Source of the DNA: Halocafeteria seosinensis
Taxonomy: Eukaryota
Length of the DNA stretch: 64,000 nt
Assembly (NCBI GenBank): GCA_001687465.1
Contig: LVLI01000195.1
Span: 1 to 64,000 of the forward strand
Reading direction: 5' to 3'
Part shown: piece by piece, positions 22,541 to 34,701 of the stretch
Layout of the letters: every line of letters starts with the position of its first letter
How positions within the stretch are numbered: position 1 is the stretch's first letter
The notes under the pieces: generated by a model
Databases searched by the model: none
Told to the model about the DNA's origin: nothing
Seen by the model: the letters and a program-made list of their open reading frames with translations, nothing else
Program-made: the position numbers and the translations under genes

Positions 22541-25500
22541 ATGGCGAGCGACATCGCCGCAAACAGTAAATCCCATTTGATTGACTACTGTTTAGCATAC
22601 GAGTTCGAGTTGGGTGATGGTAAGTGATGTCCTTCCTGCGCAACCTTCCACAAGACTTGATGCTGTGTGTGGAACTGTGCAGAAGTGGCGACGCAATTGT
22701 GGCGGGTGCCCTCAAATGATTGGCCCGAGGGAGAATGCCCGGATATACAATGCTTACCTCAGGTATGGTTTTGCCTGGAACATTAATTGTACCAGCAAAG
22801 ATGGTCGAATGATTCCTCTCTGTTTGACCCTTTCAGTTCCTTCAACCGGAGCAACCGGGAAAGATTGAACGCAACATCTCTTTCGTACTCACTAACGAGA
22901 AAAACCAAGTAACGTACTGTACTGCAGCGACTGTACCATTAAAGAATTTGGTAGGGAATGATGACAAAGTGGACAGGCACACGCAGTTTAGCTTGGTCAT
23001 TTGCAGTGCTTACGGAGAACTTCGGGCCTACGAGCGCCTTCTAGCAACAATCCTATATGATACATGCCATACGAAGAGTGCTAACAAGCAAGATGTTTTG
23101 GAAGCCTGTGTAAACTGTGTTACTTATGGAATTCCTGTTCCTGGCAGAGGGAACTCACGTTTCTGTGTACCCTTAGAGAGTGGCTCAATCGAGTTTTCGA
23201 AGCCAGCTCTGAATGAACATCCCCATTTGGAGGACATGGAATCGGCGCGCTTGGTCTTTTCTTTGATGAGCCCCAGTGCTCTTGCAAATCTTCTGGGCGC
23301 GTTGTGTACGGAGCAAAAGGTTTTGATTGTTAGTCCTGAAGCTTCGTTGTTGGCGGCGATAGGTAAAACACTCCAGAGTCTAATCTACCCGTTGGAATGG
23401 AACCATACGTTTGTTCCCCTCCTTCCTCGAAATCTTGCTCTTGAAGATGTTGTTCAGTCTCCTTGTCCGTTGATTATAGGGTGCACTGCTCCGCGATTCT
23501 TAGGACTAGGCTCTCAGCAAATGTCCGAATGCACTTCAGAAAGGGCTGATTCGTTGACTCATGCTCGGCAGTTTTGCGAACAGCACGACATTGTGGTGGC
23601 GGATTTTCTCACGGGAGAAACGTACATTCCAGCCCATCTGCGGGAAGAAATGATTCCACCGGGTGCTGCAATTGAGCAGTTAGGGGAAGCGTTTTCAGCC
23701 TTTGCTACTAAATCGGTCAACAGGGGAGGAGTTAGCTCCATTGGACGAATCGTCACAGACGCAGTCGACCGAGTTAATAAAAGGTTGTGCTCGATATCTG
23801 ATGATAAAATGTTCCAGGAAAAGGAGTCCCACTCTTCGCACATTCACGAACTCCTCTGTCCGCTGACGTCCGCATCCGGTTGCCTAGACGTGCTGACTTT
23901 TAGGAGTCGCGGAAGAATGGACAATATCGGGTACTCAATGGCGAAAGTTATGTGCAGTCTTGTCGGAAACTATGGAGACATCTTCAGACTCGAAGATAAA
24001 CCGACTGAAGCACTTAGCTTTGCAGGGGAGGATCGCGACCCTGAAGAGGCCATTTATGCTTTCGATACCGATTCCGCTATAGCGGATATTGAAAATGAAG
24101 AAGAACGACCGTTCTTCAAGCGCCTGTTCAATACCCATGCTTTCAGCATGTTTATCCGGAGCCAACAAAAGCAAATATGCACAGTGGATACCGCTCAGGA
24201 CACTGTTTTGGACACTCTATATTTTCAAGTTGTACAGGAAATTTGGAGAAACCCGTCCAAGAGCAATCACTTCCAGAAGTGGATGCAGCCCTCCAAAACC
24301 ACTAGTCATTCCATTGTGACCAGAGGTCCTCAAGATGTCCGTAAATGCCAGGGTACAGCAAGGAAGATGCGGTCAGGAAGTGCGTGGTGGAAAGACATTG
24401 ACGATCTCTCACTTACTCTCGCATCAGTTCCCGAGGAACCTGTAGGAGAAGCCAAAGATATCCAAGGAAAGCTCCTTCAACAAAAGCGAAAGTCGGTTAA
24501 AAACCGCATGTCTACAGACTTTCGAAGGGAATCCCTTATCATTTCCGACGATGGCTGGTCTCGGTCTGCAGAGCAAGATGAAGAACAGCGGTCGTGGATG
24601 AGACAGACGTTCTTTCCTCACCGTAGTACAGAGCAAGCGGCAAAAGGTTTGCAGCAGGGCTATTCGTATCGAAACCCTGCTGAGGCTGGTAGCCGTCGTC
24701 TATCTGGGACTAAACGAAGAAGCAGTGGTATCAATATCGCCGAAATAGACAAGTCTATGCTATGTATTTGTGCAGATCACGGATCTGGAAGTTTCTGGAA
24801 CACTGCATCAAAAACAGTGGAAGGGTTTTCGTCTCCCTCAAAATTCAAAGCAGACCTAGATGCCAGCAAGAGTACTTGGCCACACAATCAACCGAAATCA
24901 TCAGCCAAACGCCAAAAGCTCTTCTCGCGAATTACAGGAATGATGGGGTTCAAGAAAAAACCTGCTCAGTCATCGTCTCTCGAAAACGAAGGAGTTTCGC
25001 AGAGTCACCCAAAGGGTTCTATATGCAGACTCTGCGGTGGCCTCGTTGTTGAGTCCGGACCAAGTAGCTTTACGACAAATCAGGAGCTTACGCTAGATAT
25101 TCATTCGAAGGAAGGAGAACTTGCACTCCATGGGTTGATCAGTGGGGGCACAAACCTTGGAAAATTCTTGAGCATGAAAGCTTTCCAAGACTCGTTCTCT
25201 CCCGCAGCTAAAAAGAACAAGAAATACGAGAGCACTCGCAGGGAGCCCGACGGATCGAGTGCTCCTGAACGGAACAAGTTGATTTGGGCCCAATCAATGT
25301 TGTCTCCTCATGGACAAATGCTCAGTTCCTATATCCATAATGGAGACGAAGAGCAACTCGATGAGGATTTAGACTTCTCAGATAGAGTGAGAAAAATCTA
25401 TAAGCAGCTGTACTGTGGTACACACTCTCCCAAGTCTTTGTCGAGAAGCACCACGATACCAGGAGGACTTCCAGCTCCCGTACGTACGGAATCGGGTCTT

Positions 25501-28500
25501 GCGGAGCGGACAATCCTGTACTGCGCGTTGCTAGTTGCGTACAGTACCTCGGAACTTCAGGATGCTGTGGCTACACTATATGGAGAATACGAGCGTGTAG
25601 AGGATTCTTTTTTGCAAAATAATTTGATAAGTGATGCCGAAGTAGACGCTCTCCTAGCCAGGGCACGAGAAAATCGAGGAATTTCCGAGAAAGGAGAGGA
25701 GGGAAGTATCTTGGAGAAGATTTACATGCACCTTGACAAATTGGGAACGACAAAGTGGATGACGAAGCAACAAAAACTGCGTTTCGTACATGATACCTGT
25801 CGGTGGGTTGTATACAGTCACTACGTCAGCGCCTTGGCGCGGTGCGGTTTATTCGAATTCACTCTGCGGGAACTTCAGTTATCGGTTGTTCAGGTGATGA
25901 AACATAGACGTTGGGAGCAAGACATGGCAGAGACTACGGAAAGGCTCAATGCGCAACTGCGGTGTAGTCGGAGCTTTGAGGTGGTCGACGTTAGTATCGA
26001 ATCCTCGTGGCTAGGATTCACCGTAGTACCTCTTCCCAGTGAAGAGTTTGAAGATACCAGCCGGTGGATCAAGGAGACCAGGAAGTTTAATGCTTTGCTG
26101 GAACATGCTAAAGGCTCTCTGCATACTCTTTCGCGATCGGAGGAGCTAAATATTGCACATCCACAGTCTGCTCTCATAAGCAATATGATAATGCTTAACT
26201 CTTTACTCCGAGACAGCGAGTCACAGAAGTCCCTGAAAGGTAGCACTTTGGGATCATGTTCAGACTACGCTAATCTGTCCAGCAGCAACTTGCTCCCCAG
26301 TAGAAGGTCCGGCGTTGGGGCGTCTGCATCTTCAAGCGAGATGGCGAATTGTGAGGAAGATGATGCTTCGATGGACGACGCCGAGTTTGTTCCGCGAGGA
26401 GCAAAAATCGACTTGAACAAAATATCTGGAGAACAACTGCCAGCAGTGATGGCAGGCGCCAAGACGGGAGATATAGTGCTGCAAGTTGGCTCCAGCGAGG
26501 TAGCAAAGCTCCCGTTCTCTGATATAATACAAAGGCTTCGCTCTGAATTTCGGCCGCTGAGAATGACTCTTTTGAGACCTAGAAAGAAAAGCGAGCTTAA
26601 GTGTGCTGAGAGTTCGACTATGCGCAGTAGCAGTAGGACACTCCTGAGTGAACAGGGTGCAACGGAGAGAATCAACAAGCGCATTGAGAAGCTCGGATAC
26701 TCCGCCAACTTTTCTCGCGGGTTAGCGTGCACGCGTTGCGATATGCTACACAGTTTAGATGAAATCCTATCGTCGTATGCGGAAAAGCAGCAGTTAGCGG
26801 AGGCTGACTACACGATACGATGCAGAAAGTGTCACTCTATGTTTGTACCGAGGATGGAAATCAAACCTCTACATGATAGCAAGAATGTGCTATGGTGTGA
26901 GTTGCTCTCATTTCACAACCTGAAGAAGGAACTGAAAACCGCTTGTCAGCGTGCATTTATAGTACAACTGAATGATCTGAAGACGAATCACCAAACGCTA
27001 TACTGGAATATTGTCGTACTCTTTGCATTTGCCCAACTATTTAGTGGGTTCGATCAAATTCAGGAAGCAACTAGTAGTACCATTGATGGATTCATGACCG
27101 AAGCTGCTCGAGTCCGTAGCAATCCATATAACTCCCCTGAAGAACCAACTCTTGCTGATGTCAAGAGAGACCTCTCCGAAAATTGGAGAGCATCAATCAC
27201 TAATGATGTGTGTCGAAAGAAGCAAGTGTTAGCTGCAGTCAGAAAACTAAGTGCGCTTGCAAACGAGGATAAAGAAAAATATCGAATGCTATCCCATCAA
27301 ATGAGTTGCTTGTCTTCATTCATGAACTTCCCGAAATTGCAGCGATACATGAACACCATGAAAGCACAGCTAGAAAAAACTGTAGAAGAGAGGGATTCTT
27401 TGAGAACCAACGCTTTCGTTTCCCAGGGACGTATTCAGGTATACGTGCGAATTAGGCCTGAACGAAAAAACTGCGCTTCGGAAAACGTCTGCTCAACAAA
27501 TGGCAATACGATCAAGGTGAACGTCAGCTCAAATTCAGGCTTCTCTAATCAAAAACTAGCAAAGGAAAGTCTCCAGCAACAGTACAGGTTCGACACTGTG
27601 TTTCCATCTAACAGTACACAGTATGAAGTGTTCGACCAAGTTCAGCCGATAGTCGATGGATCTATTCAAGGAATCAACGGGTGCATTGTGGCATATGGAC
27701 AGACCGGAACTGGGAAAACCCATACGATGCAAGGTAGCCTGGATTCCGGCGATTTGAGTCAGCATGGGGTGTATGGTAGAGTCTTTCAACAAATCTTCAG
27801 GAAGCAGAACAGGGGAAGCGGCGAACTACAAATACGCTTGTCTGTAATTGAGCTAAAAAATGAAAGCCCAAACGACCTTTTGGGGAAGTCAACGCTTCAT
27901 CCTATCAACTGTAAGTGCGGAGGCTGCGATGGCTACGGCCAAACATCAAGATCAGTGGACGTCAGGCAGATTAAGAGAGGAACGGGGATGCAAATAGACT
28001 TCGACGGTGCTTGTAAGCTACACGTTAAGGACACCACTAGCGGCTTGCAAGCTTTGGATAAAGCAATTGCTACCAGGGCGGTTGGACACAATGGTTATAA
28101 TGCGGAATCTAGTAGAAGTCATCTAATTACAGTCATTTGGATCACTCGAGAGCAAGCTGCGGACGAAATGGGCAACCAGAGCAAGCTTGTACTAGTTGAC
28201 TTAGCCGGATCAGAACGGTTGGATAGGACAAATATGATGTCCCCGCAGAGTGATCCACCTAACAAACTAAAGTCCTTTTTCAGCCCGAAAAAAGACAAAG
28301 CAGTGCCTCAAGCTACGATTGAACAAACTCAATTTATAAATTCCTCGCTTTCGGCTCTAGGAAACGTTGTGCACGCTCTGGGTACACAGCAGGACAGTTC
28401 TGGCTCGGTACATATCCCATACCGAGACAGTAAACTAACTTTCATGTTGCAGGATTGTCTTAGTGGCTCTAGCTGTACGGGATTCATTGTATGTGTGTCG

Positions 28501-29247
28501 CCCGATGATGAGGATGTGTCGGAATCGCTTAATTCTCTCAGATTTGCTGCACGCTTAAGGACTATCAAACACACAGATCGCCCTATTGATGCCCTTAAGT
28601 CTCATGCAAAAAGGCTGCAGGAGCAAAAGAGTCAACTCGAAGAAGAACGCCAAAGTGTTGTAAAGGATCTCTCGCAAGCTCAAACGGACAACCAAAGACT
28701 TATGGAGACCGTCGGAGAGCAGAAACGGAAGATAGCCGAACTTCAAAACGCTGAGAAGAAATCGTCTCAAGACGTCTCACCGAAGGATGTACCTATCCAT
28801 ACAATGGATGACAACCAACTCACGAAGCTAATGGAGGCATTGAAATGGGAAGCACAACATCGTGGACTGCGTTCCACTAGTACTAACAAGGAGCCTATGA
28901 GTCCTCAAGTGTCGTCAACGAGAACTGCCGCTGTAAACAAAGAGAACACCCCGGAGAACCATGGCGTCAAGAGCCCTACCCCGTCATCGAGAAAGACTCC
29001 AGCAAACAAGCAGAATGCAACACCGGAACAGCAAGGAACTCCTTCCTCTAGGAGGAAGAAACGCCACCCAAAATCCAGGCAAACCCCAGCAAGCTCGAAG
29101 CGGGAACGAGAGAAGACTCCGGCCGCTTCATCTCGAGCTCAACTCTACGATTTCAATGGCAGAAGAATTCGCAACCGTAAAGAAACAGTGCCAGGTGAAG
29201 ATAGTAGCTTCGAGCAAGATATCGACGCAATTCAGCGTCAGTTGTGA
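22541..29247 (+). CDS. DENN (DENND4-like) + PDZ + kinesin-14-type motor fusion protein
   Basis: uDENN (LIDYCLAY, WRVP..D, SFVLT), cDENN (ALCTEQKVL, LIYPLEWNHTFVPLLP, SPCPLIIG), dDENN (FFKRLFNTHAFSMFI), PDZ, Cys-rich tail domain, motor (GRIQVYVRIRP, AYGQTGTGKT, NAESSRSH, LVDLAGSER, HIPYRDSKLT). Introns at about 22620-22682 and 22763-22837. Confidence 0.9.
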
Positions 29248-29528
29248 ATTACTCGTAGCGTAACTCTACCCGGGTATCCAAGGAACTTGGGGGCCAAGTT
29301 GGGTAAGTACTTTGACCATAGTAACAAGGCGATAATTGCTGTTGCTTTGCATTAATAAACATGGTTTGAATGAGCATTATGTGAAAAGCAGTAGTTCGTC
29401 GTCTTCGTATCCGCGTGGTTCGTGAGTCGTCCCGCACTGTTCGAGGTGGGTTTGTGAAGAGCGGGTGACTTTATTCAGTGTTTTCTCTGTGGGATCGTAA
29501 GTACACCGTCAAGTCCTTTCCAATTTGG

Positions 29529-32468
29529 ATGATGGATTCAGAGGCAAACTCGAGTCATGCAGCAGCAGCAGCGGCGGCGGCGGTGCATGAACCACAGCAG
29601 CAACTTGACGAGAAACAAGAGGCGGAGGGTACTGTGGATGACGATGAAGAGTCTTCACGGCGAGAGAAGACAGCCTCTCGTACGATGCTGGAGCGAGCGC
29701 AGGAAACTTTGTCCAAATTCAGACCTGTAGAGACGGCTGGTGCAGGGACGAATGGAGCAGTAGTGAGGTGTAATGTGGACTTTCGGGATCTACAGCAGGC
29801 TATGGAGGAACATGCTCCTGAGTCCGCGGCGAGTCATCCGGCCGTAGAGGACCCGAAGGAAGAAGTGGAGGTTGCCGTCAAAGTTGTGAATTTCTTTTGG
29901 GACGAGCATTCCAAACAGTATCTGAAAATGGAGAATCGAGCCTTATCACACCTTCCAGAGTTTCATCCGAATATCGTGAACATTCTGTTTCACTTTGAGT
30001 CCGTAATTCCTGTGTCATGGCACCAGTTTTTCCCTGATGTCATGGCTCAATGGGCTGCGTACGATGAAAACTACACGACAACCTTCTTTGTTATGGAGTA
30101 CTTCCCTGCTACTCTGGAAGAAATCCAAGAGTCCATGGCGGTACCGATGACGCCGAAACTCGTGTTCAGTATAGCGGAATCCTTACTAGAAGGCGCTCGT
30201 TACTTAGAGGAGAACCATATTGTCCATTTGGACTTAACCGCAAGCAATGTATTGGCTGGCGCAAATCAGAGGTTTTCTATTGGTGATTTAGGCATTAACT
30301 TTATCTGTCAGGATTCTAGCTTGCGCTGTACGATAGAGGACCTCGACTCAATGGCTCTGAACACCAGTGTGACAGCACCCGAAGTGCTCAAGCTGTATGA
30401 ACAGCGGGCAAAAAGGAAAAATTCTTCCCTGAGAGTAGAGGTGGATTTATCCAAGCACACAGTATGGTGTGTTGGCCTGATACTGTATAAGTGTTGCACT
30501 GGCATTGAGCCACTTCCTACTCCGAAGACCGATTGGTTTTTCAATTACGACATTGACTGTGTCCCGAAATGTCACTCTAAGTGGAATCATTGCAGCGATA
30601 CTGAAGACGAAGTTCTGTTAGAATTTGGTAAGCTAGTGCATGGTATGTTGCATTGTAATCCGTCACAGAGGAGCTCCACCAAAGAAGCACTTACCCGCCT
30701 ACGAGAGCTTCGTCGGCGAATGTTCTCTCCAGACTCGCATTGCGGAGGAAAAACATGGAACCTGATACAGACTGACAACGCCTTGAAGCAAATGGTGACC
30801 AATATTGATTCGCTTATCAGCGATAGCATGGAGCAAGCGGGGCAAGATCCTCACGCGACTATTCTTCTTTGCGATGGCATTTTGTTCCGGAGCGAGAAGT
30901 TAGAAGCTCCTGTGAATAGGCTCCTTCCAGAATACCGTACTCTTCGTGAAATTTTAGTGCCTCTACGACGCCGCAAATATGCTGCATCCCTTCGCAGTCA
31001 GGATTTGTTAACTACCAATACAGGAATGACTGTGTTTCTCGGATACTTGCCGGCCAACTCTTGGAAGCACGAAATACCGTTACTAGTCAAAGAATCGGCA
31101 GAACTGGTGGCAACAATCGACATAAGTAGCAACAAGTATTGTTATGACCTCATTTGCCTTTTAAGAAGACTGGAGGCTGTGTTAACTGGGATCTTTTCAA
31201 AAGATAAGGAGGTGGAGAAATTTTTTCCTGAGGTGAGGGACGAATACCTCGAAACATTCTTAAATATGTTTGCCGCATATTTTGAAACATTGCTGGGATT
31301 ACACTCTGATATACATCGCATTTTACTTGGAGCTCTATGGGGAATATCCTGTAGCAGTAGTGTCTGTGTATCTAACTCTCTTCTCTCTCATGGTGTCCTG
31401 TCTTACCAGAGAAACGCTGTTGAAAAGATGGATAATGCGGTTGATACAATCGACGCAGTGATCGCCACTGCAAGCAATGTTTTACGATTCGGTAAGTCCC
31501 GACGTTGTTTAGTACATGCGGTATCAATAACGATGTTGCTCATGCAGAAGATATCCATGATAAATTGGACGACACGTGTGCCCGCATCCTCAAGGGGATC
31601 CTTGTATCGGCATTATCAGTTTGTGCTAAAGAAGGCGGAGACTCTTCAGAGTGTCTATCCAGTGTGGCCAAGTTGCTCCACGAGGTTTTGGAGAAATGCA
31701 GTATGTTCGTCGTGATATCGCTTACTTTCTGACACGTAATATGCTGCAGAGTTTGGCTCCGCAGGTACGGAAAGCGCAAACAAGTTCTACGACGCAAACT
31801 TGCTAGAATGGATGTTCACTGCGCTATCTAAACAGGATGAAACAGACATGGATACCCTATGTACTGTTTTTCACGTGGGCTGCTTAATAATGATGGCAGA
31901 TGCTGTCCGTGAGAGTGTGTCACAAGTTAAAATGTTGGCAGAAACGACTTCCCATATTTTGCTCAAGCATTTAAAGGATAGCCATAAAGACCTGTTTAGG
32001 TTGGGCGTGACATTTATTAGGAACTTGGCCTGTATCCCGACAAGGGATGTCGAAAACAGTCCTTCCTTCCTCGTGGCATGCTCTGAAGTCCCTGTTCTAT
32101 TGGAACAAGTCATGGCCCTACATTGGAAGGACGAAATCATCCTGGAGCAGTCTCGTTGTACACTGTACAATTTGGCTATTTCAAACGCCTCTGATTTTCA
32201 GACATTGCTGACGATGTACCACCAAGTCCGAGAGCAAGGAAATTCCAGCCAAGTAGAGCCGCGTGGCAATGAAGACTCAACGCTCCGCCCAGCGGATGCC
32301 ACCATCGACGTCGGTAGCGACACTATTCCCGAGTGGGAGGCTTCAGCAAAGAGCTCCTGGGGCAAATTTGTACGGCAATGGCTCCAAAACAACGGGTGGT
32401 ACAAAGTCTCATTATTTGCGTCTTTTATCTTGATCGTTGTGTTAGCCGTGTTAGTTGCGACGAGGTGA
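29529..32468 (+). CDS. Atypical PINK1-like protein kinase with a helical/ARM-like region and a C-terminal transmembrane anchor
   Basis: GAGTNGAV, VAVK, HPNIV, HLDLTASN, GDLG, APEV. Introns at about 31492-31547 and 31701-31749 join the three ORFs. C-terminus WYKVSLFASFILIVVLAVLVATR*. Confidence 0.8.
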
Positions 32469-32967
32469 AACCGAAGACTAGCTTCTTCCTCAGAAATCTT
32501 TCCCGCCAACAGAGAATTCTGTGACGTCAAGAGGCTATTCTTGACGATTCGTTGGTAATCCTTGTGATTAGAACGTGAAAAGTCGATGACGCCTTTCTGG
32601 TAGTGGAGTTCAGATAGGAGTTCCGTTGTAGTGCTAACATTGACTAGGTATATGTATGAGAGTCTTTGAGCCTTGGCATTTCTGCACTTCTCAGAGGAAA
32701 TAATCTTGTAGAAAAATTTCGCAGAAGTGCATAGCAAGTTCAGTTGTTATTAGGACACGAAACTGGACGAAGGAGTTGTAAAACGCGGAAACTCGTTATA
32801 AGTTGAGTTGGTACTTTCGTCGAGTTATTGCGGTTTGTCACGTTCTTGTAGGTAGCGCTATAGACTGCCTCGTGTCGTGTAGTTTTCACTTAGGGAAAAA
32901 CACAAGGGTGACTATGTACGCATACGTCTGCGAAAATAAGCGAGGAATATTGCTTGTGTGGTAAACA

Positions 32968-34032
32968 ATGAACCTCCATCGAGCTTCACAGTGCTCTTTG
33001 GCGGCTCGACGTATTGCTCTTACAGGCCCCATAGCTTCCTTCTCACAGTCCCATCGGGGCTTTTACAGTTTCCCATCAAGCCAGCGCAGCTTGGAGAGCG
33101 TGGAGGGGAGAGAAATACGTGAGTGGAGAAGGAGATATTGGGCTTCGGCGCTCCGTGACACAAGAGGGAGGACTGAGGACCACAATTACCAGTATGGCAG
33201 TCATTTCGGAGGGAATACATGGACAGTTTTCGGGTTAGCGTGCTGGTCTATTATAGGGACACTTTCGCTAGCGAATCAGCTCAGGGCGCAAGCAGAAAAA
33301 ACTGAGGAAGAAGAGACTGCCGAGGAGGAAGCAGATGACAATACTCTGGTGCTATCTGCAGCCGTATTAGTCAGGCTGCGACATTTTTTGTCCTCCCAGG
33401 AGTTTAGATCCTGCGTCGTTGATGCGTTTAGGAAATATGAAAATCCAGATAGGCCTGGTATGCTCATTCACTTCCTCTGGTGTTTGTTCGGTCCAATATC
33501 TTCTGGTGTTTTTGCAGGCCGCCTCCAATTGGAACAATTACAGCCAGCCTTAGAAGAAATACATACCAACATTTTCCCTATCTTATGTCGGGAAGTACTT
33601 CAAAAGCAACCAGGGCGAATAGAAGAGGGGAGAATAGTCCGAGATACGAAGTTCTCGGAGCAGGAATTACAAGAGTGGAAACAGCAGGCCAATCTTCAGA
33701 ACGTAAGTTCTTCATGCGATTCAAAGTGAGGGTTTAACCGATAAAGCATTGCAACTTGGGGCTGTGTTCTCCAGCAACGGGAGTTTTACTTTACTGAAGT
33801 AGAATACCTCGCACGGAACGTAGCGTTCACTGCTGTGATTGTCTACCAGATTATAGAACAGAGTCACCAGTACATCATTCAAGATTTGAAGCCGCTGATA
33901 ACTGTACTTACGGTTACCTTCGTCTCTGGCTTAGCGTACATGATATATCGAAAGCGGCAACCGCCGAGACCTCCCCGGCTAACGAAGTCTACTCGCGATA
34001 AACTGAGAACGTTGTACAAGGAGAGAGATTGA
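32968..34032 (+). CDS. Unknown protein, possibly mitochondrial membrane
   Basis: Arg/Ser-rich N-terminus and two hydrophobic segments. Likely introns at about 33458-33517 and 33703-33774. Confidence 0.6.
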
Positions 34033-34701
34033 AGAAGAGGACTCAAGATGAGGCTTGATAGTACATATGCGAACAGTCAATGAAGGGACTTTCGGACGAG
34101 TAAATCTATTAAAAGAAGCGATCGAAAAGTATCCTTGGCTTGAATCCACAACATCGAGTCTTGTGGCGCAAACTGATCACCGGAGAAGGGGTGACACAGC
34201 CGTGCTGCAAGGGCGAGGCCTTGGTGCCAAAAAGTACCTAGACGGTCTTACCATGCCAGGTTAAGTAAGACGTCTTGTGAAACAAGCCAGGCTACAGCTT
34301 TGTTCGTCCAATTCAAGATATAGGTAGTGCAACTGGGTACGAAGGAGCCCAGCGCTACCCGGGTACGGTAGTAGATCACTTTGGTGATTGTAGAATCCAA
34401 TACACACACGATGGTGTAAAGCGTACCTTTTGTTGGAATAAGCGACATTTTATATGTATGCACTCTACTTTAATATCTCTCTCTATCTGTGAAATGGCCC
34501 CTCGCTTAGACTACGATTATTGAATTTTCTTCTGGTAATGTGAAGTCTCACCACCTTTCCATCGGGTGACCTACTCGGGTCAAGCTAGTACAGAATTATG
34601 ACCATACGATATTATTGTTTCGTTATTCAACCTACATTTTGCATACAGTGGTCATTATTGACTAGAATAGGAAGAGTCTCATATACACTAGCCACAGAGG
34701 G

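Noticed and set aside
34055..34264. ATP-citrate-lyase-like fragment (YPWL..LVA..D..RRG)
   Set aside because: Too short and weak to call without a search.
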